Virus record (IMG/VR): IMGVR_UViG_3300032038_000040
Coordinates: 1-64,000 of that record
Source: a virus
Taxonomy: Duplodnaviria; Caudoviricetes
Length of the DNA: 64,000 bases
Strand: one strand, 5' to 3'
Shown: positions 1 to 11,486 of the stretch, in pieces
Numbering within the stretch: the stretch's first letter is position 1
Layout: each line of letters starts with the position of its first letter
Program-made: the position numbers and the translations under genes
Notes under the pieces: generated by a model
Database searches by the model: none
Told to the model about the DNA's origin: nothing
What the model saw: the letters and a program-made list of their open reading frames with translations, nothing else

Positions 1-1865
1 GCATTTGATGCATTGTAGTCAAGGTTCGTTGGATTAGTTCCGCTTATATATGCATTTTGATTCTGCCCACCATAACCAGTGTGGTATTTCTCATACTGCA
101 TATCCTCCCAGTACTCCTCCGTGCTTCCGTCAGTCCTCTGCCCAAGAGTGTCAAGGCTCAGCTGCTCCACTTTGTCATCCAGAGCGTCAAACTGAGCCTG
201 CAACTCATCCCTTCCCACACGGTTGTCAGCCATATCCTTCGCATGACCTCCGTAACCCATGATGTAGAGGTAGTTGTCAGTATCATGGCTTATGAGTTTC
301 TGAAGATAGGCATATCCGTCATTAGGTGCTTCAAAAGCACCATATACAGGAGATTCATGCTTTTCAATTATTACTCTATTCTCATCAGTAAACACAAGTG
401 GAACAGCACCACCTGTTCTAACAAGGTCAAGCAACAATACCTGTCCTTTTCTTACATCAATTCTTATACCATGAGCAGTTGTTGCCACAGACCAATAAGG
501 CATTTTATCTCCTACATCAAGGTCAGTTGTAGCAATAGCCGAAGGTACCCACCCTTCAATCAACTGCCTCTGAATGTCAGCAGGAGTCTTGGCAGGTCTT
601 GTGGTCTTTTTCCACACATGGGCGGTATTATTGTTTATTCTTGCATCAGTGGTCACATAGGCAAAGCAAGTAGCACCAGCAGGTGCGGTGGCGGTTCCAC
701 TTTCCAATGTTGTAGATGAAAGGTAGTTGGCGGCTGTGATGCTTGCGTAGGCAGTTCCACCTTTCCAAAAACCAGTCCAGTCACCAGAACCAGCGGCACT
801 TGCCCATTTAAACACATCACCCTCTGATGCAGGGAATATATACACTTTTCTACTAACACCACTTTTATCAGTCGTTGCACTATGGTTTGCGCCAATCCTT
901 CGGTTATTGGCAGATATGGCACTATACCCATATTTCTCAAACAGCAAGTCCTCCCAATACTCGCCACTATCATCTTTTCCCATGGTGTCAAGGCTCAGCT
1001 GCTCCACCTTCCCGTCCAGAGCCTCAATCGCACTCTGAACATTTCCTGTTCCAAGGTCAGGTGTATTTGTCAAATCATAACTTATAGCATCAGCAGTAGA
1101 AGGAAAATGTAAGTCAAATACACCAAAGCTCCTCCAAAGACTGTCTGTATATCCCCATATAATCAAATTTGATTGGTCAGCAGTAGTGATGTCAACCCAT
1201 CCGTTAATGTCATAGGATATATTAAGTTCATTAGTAGTACCTCCATTTATAGTATAATTGAACAAATCACCAACGCAGCTTACATTATGGTAATCACATT
1301 CTATAGCCATCAGGGCAGTCATTATATCATCGAGATAATGACGCGAAAGGCCAGACTCCTCAAGCCATCTCGCACAGATGGTTATCTCCACAGTAAATAT
1401 GCTGCCTTGCTCACTTACACTCATAGTATAATAAGGGTCAGAGATAAGAGAGGATTTATAATTTACAAGTAACCTCCCCCTCATACCAGGTTGAGAACTG
1501 CTGAGGTTGACATATCCCATTACAGGACTTGATGGGTCAGGCACACCAGGAGACTTTCCTTCACTGTAGGCAGTCCCTTGAACCATATTGTCAGGTTGTA
1601 GGTAAAGCTTGCTGGTATCATTGTATGGAGCAACACCAACAGTACTGTTTATGGGAACCATTTCAAACAATTGAGGAAGCTGCTCTCCCCTGCCATATAT
1701 TTGACCATTAACTACTATGCAATGTGTGTCACTTGTGTAATACACACAGTTAGGATAAGTGGAGGACAGGACCAAGGCTTGAGCCTCAGTCTTGTCCTTT
1801 ATTGCTAATCTGTCCCTTACTGCCATAAGGGCTTGTCTTAATTCATTTTCATTTGTATAAGCCAT
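1..1865 (-). CDS. Tail fibre/structural protein, 3'-truncated by window edge (>620 aa)
   Basis: ATG at 1863-1865 (MAYTNENELRQ...). The first ~180 codons translated by hand are open, and the track reports no stop, so the frame runs off the edge. No in-frame TAG found. Internal repeat LDxKVEQLSLDT. Lies in the late tail cluster. Confidence 0.7.
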   Translation of the reverse strand, partial: MAYTNENELRQALMAVRDRLAIKDKTEAQALVLSSTYPNCVYYTSDTHCIVVNGQIYGRGEQLPQLFEMVPINSTVGVAPYNDTSKLYLQPDNMVQGTAYSEGKSPGVPDPSSPVMGYVNLSSSQPGMRGRLLVNYKSSLISDPYYTMSVSEQGSIFTVEITICARWLEESGLSRHYLDDIMTALMAIECDYHNVSCVGDLFNYTINGGTTNELNISYDINGWVDITTADQSNLIIWGYTDSLWRSFGVFDLHFPSTADAISYDLTNTPDLGTGNVQSAIEALDGKVEQLSLDTMGKDDSGEYWEDLLFEKYGYSAISANNRRIGANHSATTDKSGVSRKVYIFPASEGDVFKWASAAGSGDWTGFWKGGTAYASITAANYLSSTTLESGTATAPAGATCFAYVTTDARINNNTAHVWKKTTRPAKTPADIQRQLIEGWVPSAIATTDLDVGDKMPYWSVATTAHGIRIDVRKGQVLLLDLVRTGGAVPLVFTDENRVIIEKHESPVYGAFEAPNDGYAYLQKLISHDTDNYLYIMGYGGHAKDMADNRVGRDELQAQFDALDDKVEQLSLDTLGQRTDGSTEEYWEDMQYEKYHTGYGGQNQNAYISGTNPTNLDYNASN

Positions 1866-1893
1866 ATTACTCTTCCATTTTTATAGTCATACA

Positions 1894-4191
1894 TTAGAAG
1901 CCAAACACATCCCGCACTATGGCAGTCACATTTGCAGAACCTAAATTATCGGTAAACTGTACATATCCAGACAAGTCAATGTTGGTATCACCAATCTTCT
2001 CCCATACATAAGTAGTTGTGCTGCCTGAAGTCTTTTTTATAGCGACATATTCAGCATAAGCATCAGGGGCACTGGCTCCAGATATAGCCACTAAGCCAAT
2101 AATATTTTTATGTAAATCATATTGGTCTTTAGTACTTATATCTGGCAAATTAGTCTCTGATGAATAAATGTTAAAGTGAACTCCTTCAAGCCCTCCTATA
2201 GTTTCCATGATATTTTTATAAGCATCACTCAATGCCTTTGAAGTAGGAGCAGTAGTCTGGTCTGAGGAATTTTTATAAGTATTAGAAAGCTGAACAACTC
2301 CCTTACCAGAAGTAGAACTATTAGGAACAGCGACAAAAGTCTTGTTTACAGAATCTTTTTCTACTCCATAATAGTTACCATGTGTATTTCCTGTAGTAGA
2401 AGTAATAGCTGAAGACCTTACATTAGCTACCTTTGCAACACCTGCCTGATTTGCAGTAGCATCTTCCACATACAAACCTTGAGCAGTATTTGCAACAGGT
2501 GTTTCAGAATTTCCTTCAGCTATTGCAAGTGCTTTATTTGCACCACTTCCGGTAGTTGCAATTCTTATGTTTAAATCTTCATCAGTAACAGCACTATTTG
2601 CTACAGTTGGAGTAAAGATGAAACTATTCTTATTAAAGTAAGAAGGGTTAATAGTCAGTCTTGGAATATCTGATGCAGAAAGAGGTTGTACATCAAGAGA
2701 ATAGGGATCATGATTAAATGTGATTTCTCCATGCTCACTAAAACCTAATGGAGAAGAAGAAAGCAAATGTACAGCCAGACCATTTTCATACCCCTCTTGG
2801 TCCTTATATACAGTAAGTCCAGATTGAACATAGGTTCCAGAAGTCTTGCCTCCAATCATTAAACCAACAGTGTTCTTACCACTACTTGTACTCATTACAA
2901 GAGGGCTGTCGAACATGCTGGAAGGCACTTTCAATTCTATGAAAGACCTGCCCTGTATAGCAGTGCTGTTCTGTTGAATATCTATAGTGCCATCAGTGTT
3001 AATAATGCCTTCTCCTGCTAATTCAGCTTGATGGGTATCACCATAGTTGATAATAGCATTAATGCCGCCAAACAAGGCTTCATTCAAAGATACATAGGCT
3101 CTATGGTTATTATCAGTTAATAGAGGAAGATTAAGGTAAGACAAGCTATTCTGTGTAATACTGCCTCCCGGATGTCCTAAATTAATAATACCTGGTTGGT
3201 ATTGAGCTTCAGTGCTTCCTGATGCAGGAGTATATGAAGCAAAAGGCAGGTCAATAGACCACAATGCTCCACCATTCCCGATAACATTGTCAGTTGTTCC
3301 AGAAACAGAAGATTCACCAATCAATGATAAAGAAGGTTGCCCGAGACTATAAGATTCCGAAGAAAAGAACACATCACCAGGTGTCCAATTAAAAGTAATA
3401 GCTGAAGTAGAGCCAACAATACCTGTCCATGTTCCTGCAGTCAGTGTTTTAGTCACATCAGCAAGAGTGGTATTATTGGTAATCCTAGTACCAACTACTA
3501 CATTTGCATCAGTACCTAAAGCATAAGCCTTATTAGACATCTTAGTGTCTATCTGAGTAATATAACCATTGCCATTGCCATCAATGTTTAATTTTCTATT
3601 TAAACCTGATGTAGTATAACCTGTACGTATAACACCAGGTACATCTGCTGTGGCATGAGGTATTTCTATATTCCAATTAGCTCCACTTCCACCTACTATA
3701 TTATCAGGAGCATCTTGAGCATCTTTATATGATTTTCCCGTCAGCATTAGAAAACCATCAGCTGCATCATAACCTCCTTGATACCAAAATCCTAAATCAC
3801 TTGGAGTTACGTAAATTCTTTCAATAAAACCATTACCATTTTTAACAGTACTAAGCCAATTCTTATAAGTTTTATTTCCTTGAACACGGTCATTGAAAAG
3901 ACTGTCTGATAACCCTAAAACTCTCAATTCATCAGAAGCAGCTGTTCCTCCTGTAGCATCAAGTAAACCAATGGAAGAGCCATCAGGCCAAGCTTGTAGT
4001 TTTGAATCTACGGTGCCTGTTAAAGTCCATTTTAAGCCTCCTTCTAATCCATCATATACAGTATCTGTACCCTTAGGCTTAGCAAGTACTCTTGCCCTCA
4101 TCATACCTAAGGCATAATTGAGGTCGTCACCACTAGTATATTTACCATCCCATGAATCAGTATCAATGTATGGTTTTACAGTTTCTGCCAT
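1894..4191 (-). CDS. Tail fibre-like protein (765 aa)
   Basis: G/S/T/N-rich. Fibre-repeat-like segments SSTSGKGVVQLSN...TTAPTSKALSDAY, ATANQAGVAKV, ATADVPGVIRTG. Confidence 0.75.
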   Translation of the reverse strand: MAETVKPYIDTDSWDGKYTSGDDLNYALGMMRARVLAKPKGTDTVYDGLEGGLKWTLTGTVDSKLQAWPDGSSIGLLDATGGTAASDELRVLGLSDSLFNDRVQGNKTYKNWLSTVKNGNGFIERIYVTPSDLGFWYQGGYDAADGFLMLTGKSYKDAQDAPDNIVGGSGANWNIEIPHATADVPGVIRTGYTTSGLNRKLNIDGNGNGYITQIDTKMSNKAYALGTDANVVVGTRITNNTTLADVTKTLTAGTWTGIVGSTSAITFNWTPGDVFFSSESYSLGQPSLSLIGESSVSGTTDNVIGNGGALWSIDLPFASYTPASGSTEAQYQPGIINLGHPGGSITQNSLSYLNLPLLTDNNHRAYVSLNEALFGGINAIINYGDTHQAELAGEGIINTDGTIDIQQNSTAIQGRSFIELKVPSSMFDSPLVMSTSSGKNTVGLMIGGKTSGTYVQSGLTVYKDQEGYENGLAVHLLSSSPLGFSEHGEITFNHDPYSLDVQPLSASDIPRLTINPSYFNKNSFIFTPTVANSAVTDEDLNIRIATTGSGANKALAIAEGNSETPVANTAQGLYVEDATANQAGVAKVANVRSSAITSTTGNTHGNYYGVEKDSVNKTFVAVPNSSTSGKGVVQLSNTYKNSSDQTTAPTSKALSDAYKNIMETIGGLEGVHFNIYSSETNLPDISTKDQYDLHKNIIGLVAISGASAPDAYAEYVAIKKTSGSTTTYVWEKIGDTNIDLSGYVQFTDNLGSANVTAIVRDVFGF

Positions 4192-4215
4192 AATTAAATA
4201 TATTTTTAATTGTTA

Positions 4216-4680
4216 TTAAAATCCAAAAACATCAAATATTATCTTGTTTACATTCCAGTAAGTAAGATAGTCATCATCATCCACCTTCTCCTCAAGTGCA
4301 TTATGAATAACCTTATTCTGCACAGGGTTCACTGACTAGTCACTTAAATGGTCATCTACATCTATGTTATTACTTGCAATCATTTTAAGCCACTAGTTGT
4401 AGCTTCCCTAGTATTTAGTCAGCTTAACAAAATCATCAAAGATTTGTCTATCATTATTATCCTTAAAATAAACAATTCCTCCTTCATATACTAATCCTAC
4501 TTCTCCAGATGTAATAGGCATTGTTTTAAAATGCTGTACTCTAGTATTTTTAAATTGAGTTTGACCATAGAATAGTTTTTGTGCTTCTGCTGGTGTTGGA
4601 GCACCAACAAAAGCCCACCCATTTCCAACTTCATGTATAAACTCTATCAAGTATAGATTAACTAAAGGACATCTTGTCAT
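4216..4680 (-). CDS. Tail-associated protein, 154 aa (TAG read as Gln)
   Basis: Track ORF 4408-4680 continues through 3 TAGs to TAA at 4216. Contains the VDDHLSDQSVNPVQNKVI fibre-type motif and ends DVFGF. Confidence 0.7.
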
Positions 4681-4699
4681 TTTAATATCTTCTTAATAA

Positions 4700-5509
4700 T
4701 TAAATTCCCATTATAATAATGTTTGTTAACTCAGTATAATCATCAGTAAATGATAATTGAGCATAAACCAAGGATTGCTTCATAATACTGTATTCAGTAA
4801 GAATAAACCTGACATGATCATTCTCATCTTTAAATAAATAGCCTTCAAACGTTTTAGGATAGCCAGAAATATTTAGCCGAGATATATTCATTCTACATTT
4901 AACTTTTCCTGTGGAAATAAGTTGAGAAATTTGCGTTGGATTAGACATTTTATAATTATATGTAAATGTCACATTTGCATACCCAGGATTAATTTGTCCT
5001 GCTGTAATTACAATATCCAACATATCATCAGGCAACATATTTACTTTTTCTTTATCCAATGAAGTCATTATTCCTGTGATACTGTCAAGTTTACTTTTAT
5101 CCTCCATTGAAATCAAGCCATTTACCATTGAATCAGCTAATGGTACCTACACAAAACCATACCCAGGATTATAACTCTATGCTCCAAGTACAATAGGATA
5201 AGTACCATGCTAGGGAGAAGGCTCATTTATATAGGACATTATTTTCAATCCCCCTACTTTATTTGGACTGGCTTTATCAACAGTGGCTTTCCAAATATTA
5301 TTCTCTTCCTGCCAACTTATATTGTCACTGTCAGCTATTGTTTCTATTGGAGAATATGTAGGAGAATCTCCTGTAGTATCTATATGATTAACTGAGTTTC
5401 CAGAAGAAAAATCATTATCTAAATCCTCCATCACGTCATTCCACTCTTCCGCAGTGAGTCTAGAGCAATTTCTCTTTCCTCCATACTTATCTACATATTC
5501 AGTAGTCAT
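4700..5509 (-). CDS. Structural protein, 269 aa (TAG read as Gln)
   Basis: Track ORFs 5210-5509 and 4700-5128 are in frame and separated only by 3 TAGs. Contains PLADSMVNGLISMEDKSKLD, a fibre-like motif. Confidence 0.7.
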
Positions 5510-5510
5510 A

Positions 5511-7928
5511 TTATTTCTTATTAATTTGTTTCTACTTTAGTTCCTAATCTCGTTTGATTTTTTGCTTTTGCATTTCTATTTTATCTTTCTCCAGAGTCAT
5601 TTTTCTATCAAATTGCCGAATAGTTTCCTTAAATTTATCTCTTTCCAAAGCATTCATTTCCTTTATTCCATCTCTCTACAAATCTCTGTCCTAATTCATC
5701 ATAGCAAACCTCTCTGCCTCAGCCTATCCATTAATTTCAGCAACCACAATTCTAGTTTCATTATCTCTTTGATTTAGTGTATCAGCAAATTCTCTCTGCT
5801 TTTCCTGTTCCTCAGCCTGCATCTACATCTACTATTCCTAAAGCTGTCTTTCACTTTCTGCTTGCTGCTGTTGCTACTACTGCATTTTTCTTTCATAGCT
5901 TTCAAGCATTCTAGTTTTTTCAGCAAGCGACATTGATGTATATAATTTCATTATGGTAGATAATTGATACTGATTTTGTACTGCTGCCTATGTAAGCATA
6001 TCCAGTTTCTAATCTAATTCCTAAATTTTAGAATCATTATCAACAACTAAACCATAATCACACTCTGCAAATTCATCTCCATCTATATCCATTAGCTTAA
6101 TAGAGGAATCTGACATTATATACTAGAATTTCTTTTTTCTTCCTTTTATAGCTATCTTAGCAGTTTCCAGCAAACACTCAAGTACTCTTTTCTTTAGATT
6201 ATCGTGTAAAGCAAAAATCCATTCTGTAATATGTGAAGACTATAGTGTTGCTCTTTCTACTCCACCAACAGTTTCTCTATTAGAGATTTGTCCTTCTCTT
6301 TGTGGAGATATACCAACAACTTCTCCTGCTTCTGATTTTAAGAAAGACAGAAGTTCCAAATGGAATTGTATTTCATTTCCAAAAGAAGCATCTATTACTC
6401 CTGAACTTGCACTGTTTAAAGCTGCAGCTAATTTACCTGTAGCTGCTCCAACTTCCCCTTCCTTAAAGCTGTCCTTTACAACAATATTATTAGTTTTAGC
6501 AAAATACAGCCACTTTTCTATATCCCAATTCTTAGGCACTTTAGCAAAATCTAATTCAACTAATTTCCCCCAGTTATGAGATACCAACTTAATCATCTTG
6601 TCATATACAACATCATACATATATGCATATGGTTTCATCATATCTACCATAGAGAATGGCTTATCATCATTAATGTTATATATGGTTCCAACTATTCCAA
6701 AATGACATACAGAAGGATTAGATAATCTGTTGTATTGTACAACTCTGGGTCTCATATTCACATAAATATCTGTACCTATTTTAGTTCCTTCCCAAGCTTC
6801 ATTAATCCAAAATATCTCTTCCTCTTCTCCAAGCTCTATTTTAGGCACATATGTTTCAGGATAAAAAGTAAATATCTCTTCACCTGTCTCTAAATCATAG
6901 GATTTTACTTTCTTTATTTTTCTTCTGGATTTCCAGTATACTTGCAATACTCTTATGTTACCTGATATATCATATGGGAGAAGAGAGTTTGCCAAAGCGG
7001 AATTATCTCCAAAGGGATTCCAGAAAAATCCCTCCTAAGAAGTTATTTCTTCTCCGATCATATAATTATTTACAAATCCTAATCTTTCATCTATGTTCCC
7101 CATTGCATCATGAGAAGCCTGTCCTATATAATTAGGAACATTCTCTAGATATTTCATATCCTTCTTAGTGAGAACATCATAATAAGTATCTATAACTTTT
7201 CCTGGACTCCAATAATCTTCTATAATTATCATGTCTGCATCTTCTATCTTATTAGACAGTCCAGATTTAAATACTCTTACTTTCAGTGGATTTAGTCTTT
7301 CTAGAGTTGGTTCTCCCCCTACTATATCACATTTGTAGATTTCTTCTCCAACAACCATTGCATCTACAAAACCAGAATTAAACTTTATTGGGACATCCAG
7401 TTCTTTTACATAATGATTTAAAAGAGAGTTTGCTCTTATTTCTCTGTAATCTTGCCATTCATAAGTGGCATAATCAGCAATTTCTTCCATTTTCTATTGA
7501 GCTTCCTCTTCTGAAGTTGCCTACATTACATTCTGGTAGATAGTCTGAGCAAGCCAATCCTTTTTGTCTTTTTCTATTTCAGATATAGCATTGGGATTAG
7601 TTACAATTACTCTATAATCAAATACTCTCCTTGATTCTTCTCCTCTAAGTACATTTAATTTAGAATTTATAATAGGATAGTGCTATATCTTATCTGGAAT
7701 ATAATTAGCTTGAATATTCTCTGGATTCAGAATTAGCTACAAATCATCCATATACAACTTACCTGCAATTAAGTCGTAATTAATTTTTTTGTGCATAACG
7801 CTTTTCCTTACCAAAGAATAATTATGAAAAGATTTATTATCTGCCCAATCCAAATGTTTTTTCCTCCATATTTTGTTCTTTCTTGCAAAAGGAAGCTACT
7901 ATGGAGGCCAATTTACTTCACTTATCAT
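5511..7928 (-). CDS. Portal protein, ~805 aa (TAG read as Gln)
   Basis: ATG 7926-7928 to TAA 5511 in one frame. N-terminus WPP**LPFARKNKIWRKKHLDWAD resembles crAss-like portals as I recall them (PPQQLPF). Has QREGQISNRETVGGVER and a coiled-coil Q-rich C-terminus. Directly downstream of terL. Confidence 0.88.
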
Positions 7929-7949
7929 AGTTCATATGTATTTATGATG

Positions 7950-7981
7950 CAAAATTACAAATATTAAAATACAAAAACAAT
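7950..7981 (-). promoter_or_regulatory. Putative Bacteroidota sigma-A promoter for the portal operon
   Basis: -7 box TAATTTTG (TAnnTTTG) at 7950-7957. Degenerate -33 box ATTG at 20-nt spacing. Confidence 0.55.
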
Positions 7982-7997
7982 ACTTTAATAAATTTAT

Positions 7998-10247
7998 TTA
8001 TATCTTAAAAGGAAAATTATTTTTAAATGCCTGATAATTCTTCTCAAAGAATTTATCATTTCCTAGATAGTCTGATTGTTTGCCCACTCTGTTTTTCTCT
8101 ATATCTCCCTAGTAAAGAATCATGAATTCTTCTCTATACAGCATGACCATACCTAAAGCTCTTACTCTATCCACATTTATATGAGGATTAAACAGTACCA
8201 ACTCTTTTAACAAAGCTCTGTTTTTTATCTAATATAAGTTCAAAGTATTTATTACTTTGTCTTCCCCATCTTCATTTATAGTCACAGGAATAGGTTTTAT
8301 AAGCCAATCTTTTATTAAGGCATTTGCATAGTTATTAACAGCCTAAGTCGCTGTTACTCCCTTACTTCCGGATCCAAAAGAAGAATACTTTACTAACTAT
8401 TTATCTCTTAGATATTCTGGAGTATCAGCAAGTAAGTGGGAACTATTCATTCTAGAAAAATAAGCAAATGTTCCTTTTAGATTTGATTCATATAATCCTC
8501 TTGCATTATAGAATATTAAAGCCAGTCTGAATTTTTCATATAATTCATCTGCATATGTGGTTCTGCCTGTGTATTCTAAAACTATCCTGTCAGTAAATAA
8601 ATCCAAGATAAAGAAGGAGCCCAAAGATTTAGATTCTGCCTAGTCATTATCATAAGGGTCAAATCCTCCAATATATCTATTATTTATTATTTTTCCATTG
8701 CTGTCCTTTTTTGGCATTTCAAATATTTCCAAAGCCCCTTTGTATGTATTCACTTTTAAAGGAAAATCATGTATTGGAACATCATTAGTTGGAATAAATG
8801 TCACTTCATTATTTTTATTAAGTACCAGGTCTCCCACATAAACATCGTCAAATACATTAGGGTCTCCATCAATCTATGCTATTCTTTCATTTATTTGAGT
8901 CACAGGAAATATATTTCCTTGGGTTCTAAGAACTGCTTCTGAAGGAACAATAGGTGCTTCTGCAATTCTTCTTGTAATTGAATTTACATCTTGAGAGTTA
9001 TACTTTACTTTGTATCTGTCTTTTAGTATATGTAGCAATGCCAAAGTCACATCTGAATTTCCATTCTAATCATAACACCCCTCAAAGTTTAGATATGCTG
9101 GAAAGAAATAAGTAAATTGTTTTCTGCTTTGTCCTTCTTTATCATATATATTAGGAATAGCATAGGCATTATATCCATCTGGATTATACATTATTTCCTA
9201 TGCAGAACTAAAATCAGATTCATTGTCTCCTGATGTTCCATAAGCAAAAATTAATCCATAAGTTATATCTCCTTGTTCTACAGAATGTCGCATATTATTA
9301 TATATATCAAGAAGCTTAGGAAAACTACCCATTTCCTCTAGAATATATAAAACTCCTCTAGTACCACGCAGTTTTGATACATCATTTGCAGATGATACTC
9401 CTACCACTGAGTTTAAAGAACCTTTATTAGTATCTGTATCCAAGTCTTTATATCCAGATGTCCATTCGAGTTTATTTATAGAATTTATTAGCCTTCTAGA
9501 TGGAAACTCAGTATTATTATTACAATGATCTATATCAAAGATAAATTTATCCAAAGTCTAATCTCCTCCTTGAAGATACTTCTTATCTGAGGCTGTAATA
9601 TAACTGATTACTTTCTTTCTCACACTTATATCTTCTCCCAATAAGAATCTTTTAGCTAATAATGCCGCTCCACAATATGATTTACCTCTTGCTCTGGATG
9701 CTAACATAAATGCGTGTTTTCCTTTCTTTCTTGCCTAATATAAATAATGAAAGAGATAATAATGACCATCCCAAAATCTAGGGAATGTCACTACTCTTTT
9801 TCCAGTCTTACTTCCTTTTACCTATTCTACTGTAAGCATTGGGCAATAATTAAGAAAGAAATACATATCTCCTGTAATCCATTCTCCATCAGAAGGCCTT
9901 ATCATTCCCTCAAAACATCTTCTTACCTCTGTTCTTACCCATTTTCCATAAGCACTGTTTGGATTAGGATTAGGTCTTAAATTTGTATATCTTCCTGTAT
10001 TTTGAAAGTTTATTGCTGATTGTCTAAAATAGTCCATGTCTTCCAAGATATGAGGAGCAGTCAAATCTATTATTATTTTTCCATCTTCATCCCTTGGAAT
10101 ATCCTTAGCATATGGTCTATCCTTAGCTATAAGTAACTTTATATAAGGAACATTATTAAGAAAATCATCAAATTGTTCTTTTATTTCATCTGGTTCCTTG
10201 TCTAATTCCAGATTATCAATTTGAGTTTGATATTTGTTTAACACCAT
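7998..10247 (-). CDS. terL: Terminase large subunit, 749 aa (TAG read as Gln)
   Basis: Four track ORFs share one frame, ending at TAA 7998. Walker A LASRARGKS, Walker B YILEE, RNase H-like nuclease YIGGFDPYDND and NVDRV. Confidence 0.92.
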
Positions 10248-10491
10248 AATATTTAAGAATTTGAGACATTATATCTACGTATAAGTCAGAGTGATTTGTA
10301 GTGGAAACATTATAGTTTCTACTAGCTGAAGCCAAAAGAGTTTTATTTTTATTATTGATAATAAAAATCTCTAATGTATATGTCTTTATGGCTTTTATTG
10401 AAGTTGGAGTATAATAAAGTCTTGGAATATATGCTCCATCTTCTCCTGTAACACTTTTTAAAGCTTGTAAGAAAATATTAATTTCATTCAT
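10216..10491 (-). CDS. Hypothetical protein
   Basis: 91-aa ORF overlapping both neighbours, co-oriented with the operon. Confidence 0.6.
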   Translation of the reverse strand: MNEINIFLQALKSVTGEDGAYIPRLYYTPTSIKAIKTYTLEIFIINNKNKTLLASASRNYNVSTTNHSDLYVDIMSQILKYYGVKQISNSN

Positions 10492-11039
10492 ATCAATAAA
10501 TCATCATCCATTAGAGATTTTCTATTTCCTCCTCTGGCTCTGCCTTGTTCCTCAATTTCCTTACTTACAATTTTTTCTGCTTCCATCACATCTCTAACCA
10601 ATTGAGGAATTTGTTTTATTGCTGAAGTGATACTATTAATTGTGTATAAAGGCTTTCCCTTTGAATCCACCTCTTTTAAGTTTACTGTTTCCAAGAAATT
10701 CCTTACTTTAGAAATAGCTATCTTGGTACTATCTAGAAGCTCTTGAGTAATAGTAGTGTTCAGCTTTTTATATAAATCTATGCATTTAAGTTCTAGAGTA
10801 CTGAATTTACGTAATTTAAATCCATTGCTTACACATACTTCTTGTAGTCTGTCTTCCTCATTTACAATATAAGAATAATCACTTCTTGGGTCATATGTAA
10901 AGTATACAATAGTTAGAAATTCAAGGAATTTATTTTTGTCTTCTGATTTATCTTTATCATATAGTTTCTTAAAAGGAGTTAACAAGAGTAATTCCTCTGA
11001 AAAAACTAACTGATAATTTTCTAATTTAACTAGTTTCAT
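10488..11039 (-). CDS. Conserved late protein upstream of terL (terminase small subunit candidate)
   Basis: 183 aa, predicted helical. The function is inferred only from position. Confidence 0.55.
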   Translation of the reverse strand: MKLVKLENYQLVFSEELLLLTPFKKLYDKDKSEDKNKFLEFLTIVYFTYDPRSDYSYIVNEEDRLQEVCVSNGFKLRKFSTLELKCIDLYKKLNTTITQELLDSTKIAISKVRNFLETVNLKEVDSKGKPLYTINSITSAIKQIPQLVRDVMEAEKIVSKEIEEQGRARGGNRKSLMDDDLLI

Positions 11040-11043
11040 AATT

Positions 11044-11066
11044 AAAAAAGCCAGTTAAACTGGCTT
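11044..11066 (-). terminator. Intrinsic terminator
   Basis: AAGCCAGT-TTA-ACTGGCTT hairpin with a T tail on the minus strand. Confidence 0.65.
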
Positions 11067-11069
11067 GTA

Positions 11070-11486
11070 TTAAATAATTATTTTATTATCTGGAATCATT
11101 ATTTGCTAAGATTCTACTTCTTCTCCTTCAAACACATACATAATATCTCTATCCTGTAAGTACAAGTAATCATTGCCTTCTATATTAACAACATCAAATT
11201 GATAAGATATAGATGTAGTATCTTTTTGGATATTGTCTGCCAAGTTACCTGGATTATGTTTATGATTCACTACAGCAAATCTGGCTGGATTTATCATTAC
11301 TTTATCTCCAACATTAATATCCTTTACAAATGGACCTACAGCAATTACTTCTTGATATTCTTTTAGAGTTCCTCTTGTTTTTGTTCCTACTATTATTCCT
11401 CCAGCAACAACGTCATCCTCATACTTATTCATTGTGCATATAAGAGAATTAAACAGAGGCTTAATTTTTCTGATTTTTAGTTCCAT
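11070..11486 (-). CDS. GroES-like co-chaperonin, 138 aa with TAG read-through
   Basis: IKPLFN, GGIIV, EVIAVGP..INVGDKV and YLYLQDRDI match the Cpn10 pattern. The TAG at 11106 is followed by QIMIPDNKIII then TAA. Confidence 0.75.

Noticed and set aside
148-1027. Repeat pair as the TR/VR of a diversity-generating retroelement
   Set aside because: The repeats are short, both are coding and in frame, mismatches are not adenine-specific, and there is no reverse transcriptase in the window.
50-1711. Plus-strand ORFs 50-262, 57-719, 875-1087, 882-1112, 1173-1472, 1529-1711 and minus ORF 653-991
   Set aside because: They are shadows of the long minus-strand gene starting at 1865, which the track omits because it has no stop in the window.
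5511-10247. Portal and terminase fragments as pseudogenes or intron-split genes
   Set aside because: All fragments are in one frame, the breaks checked are TAG, and the joined lengths are normal. No frameshifts or intervening sequences are needed.
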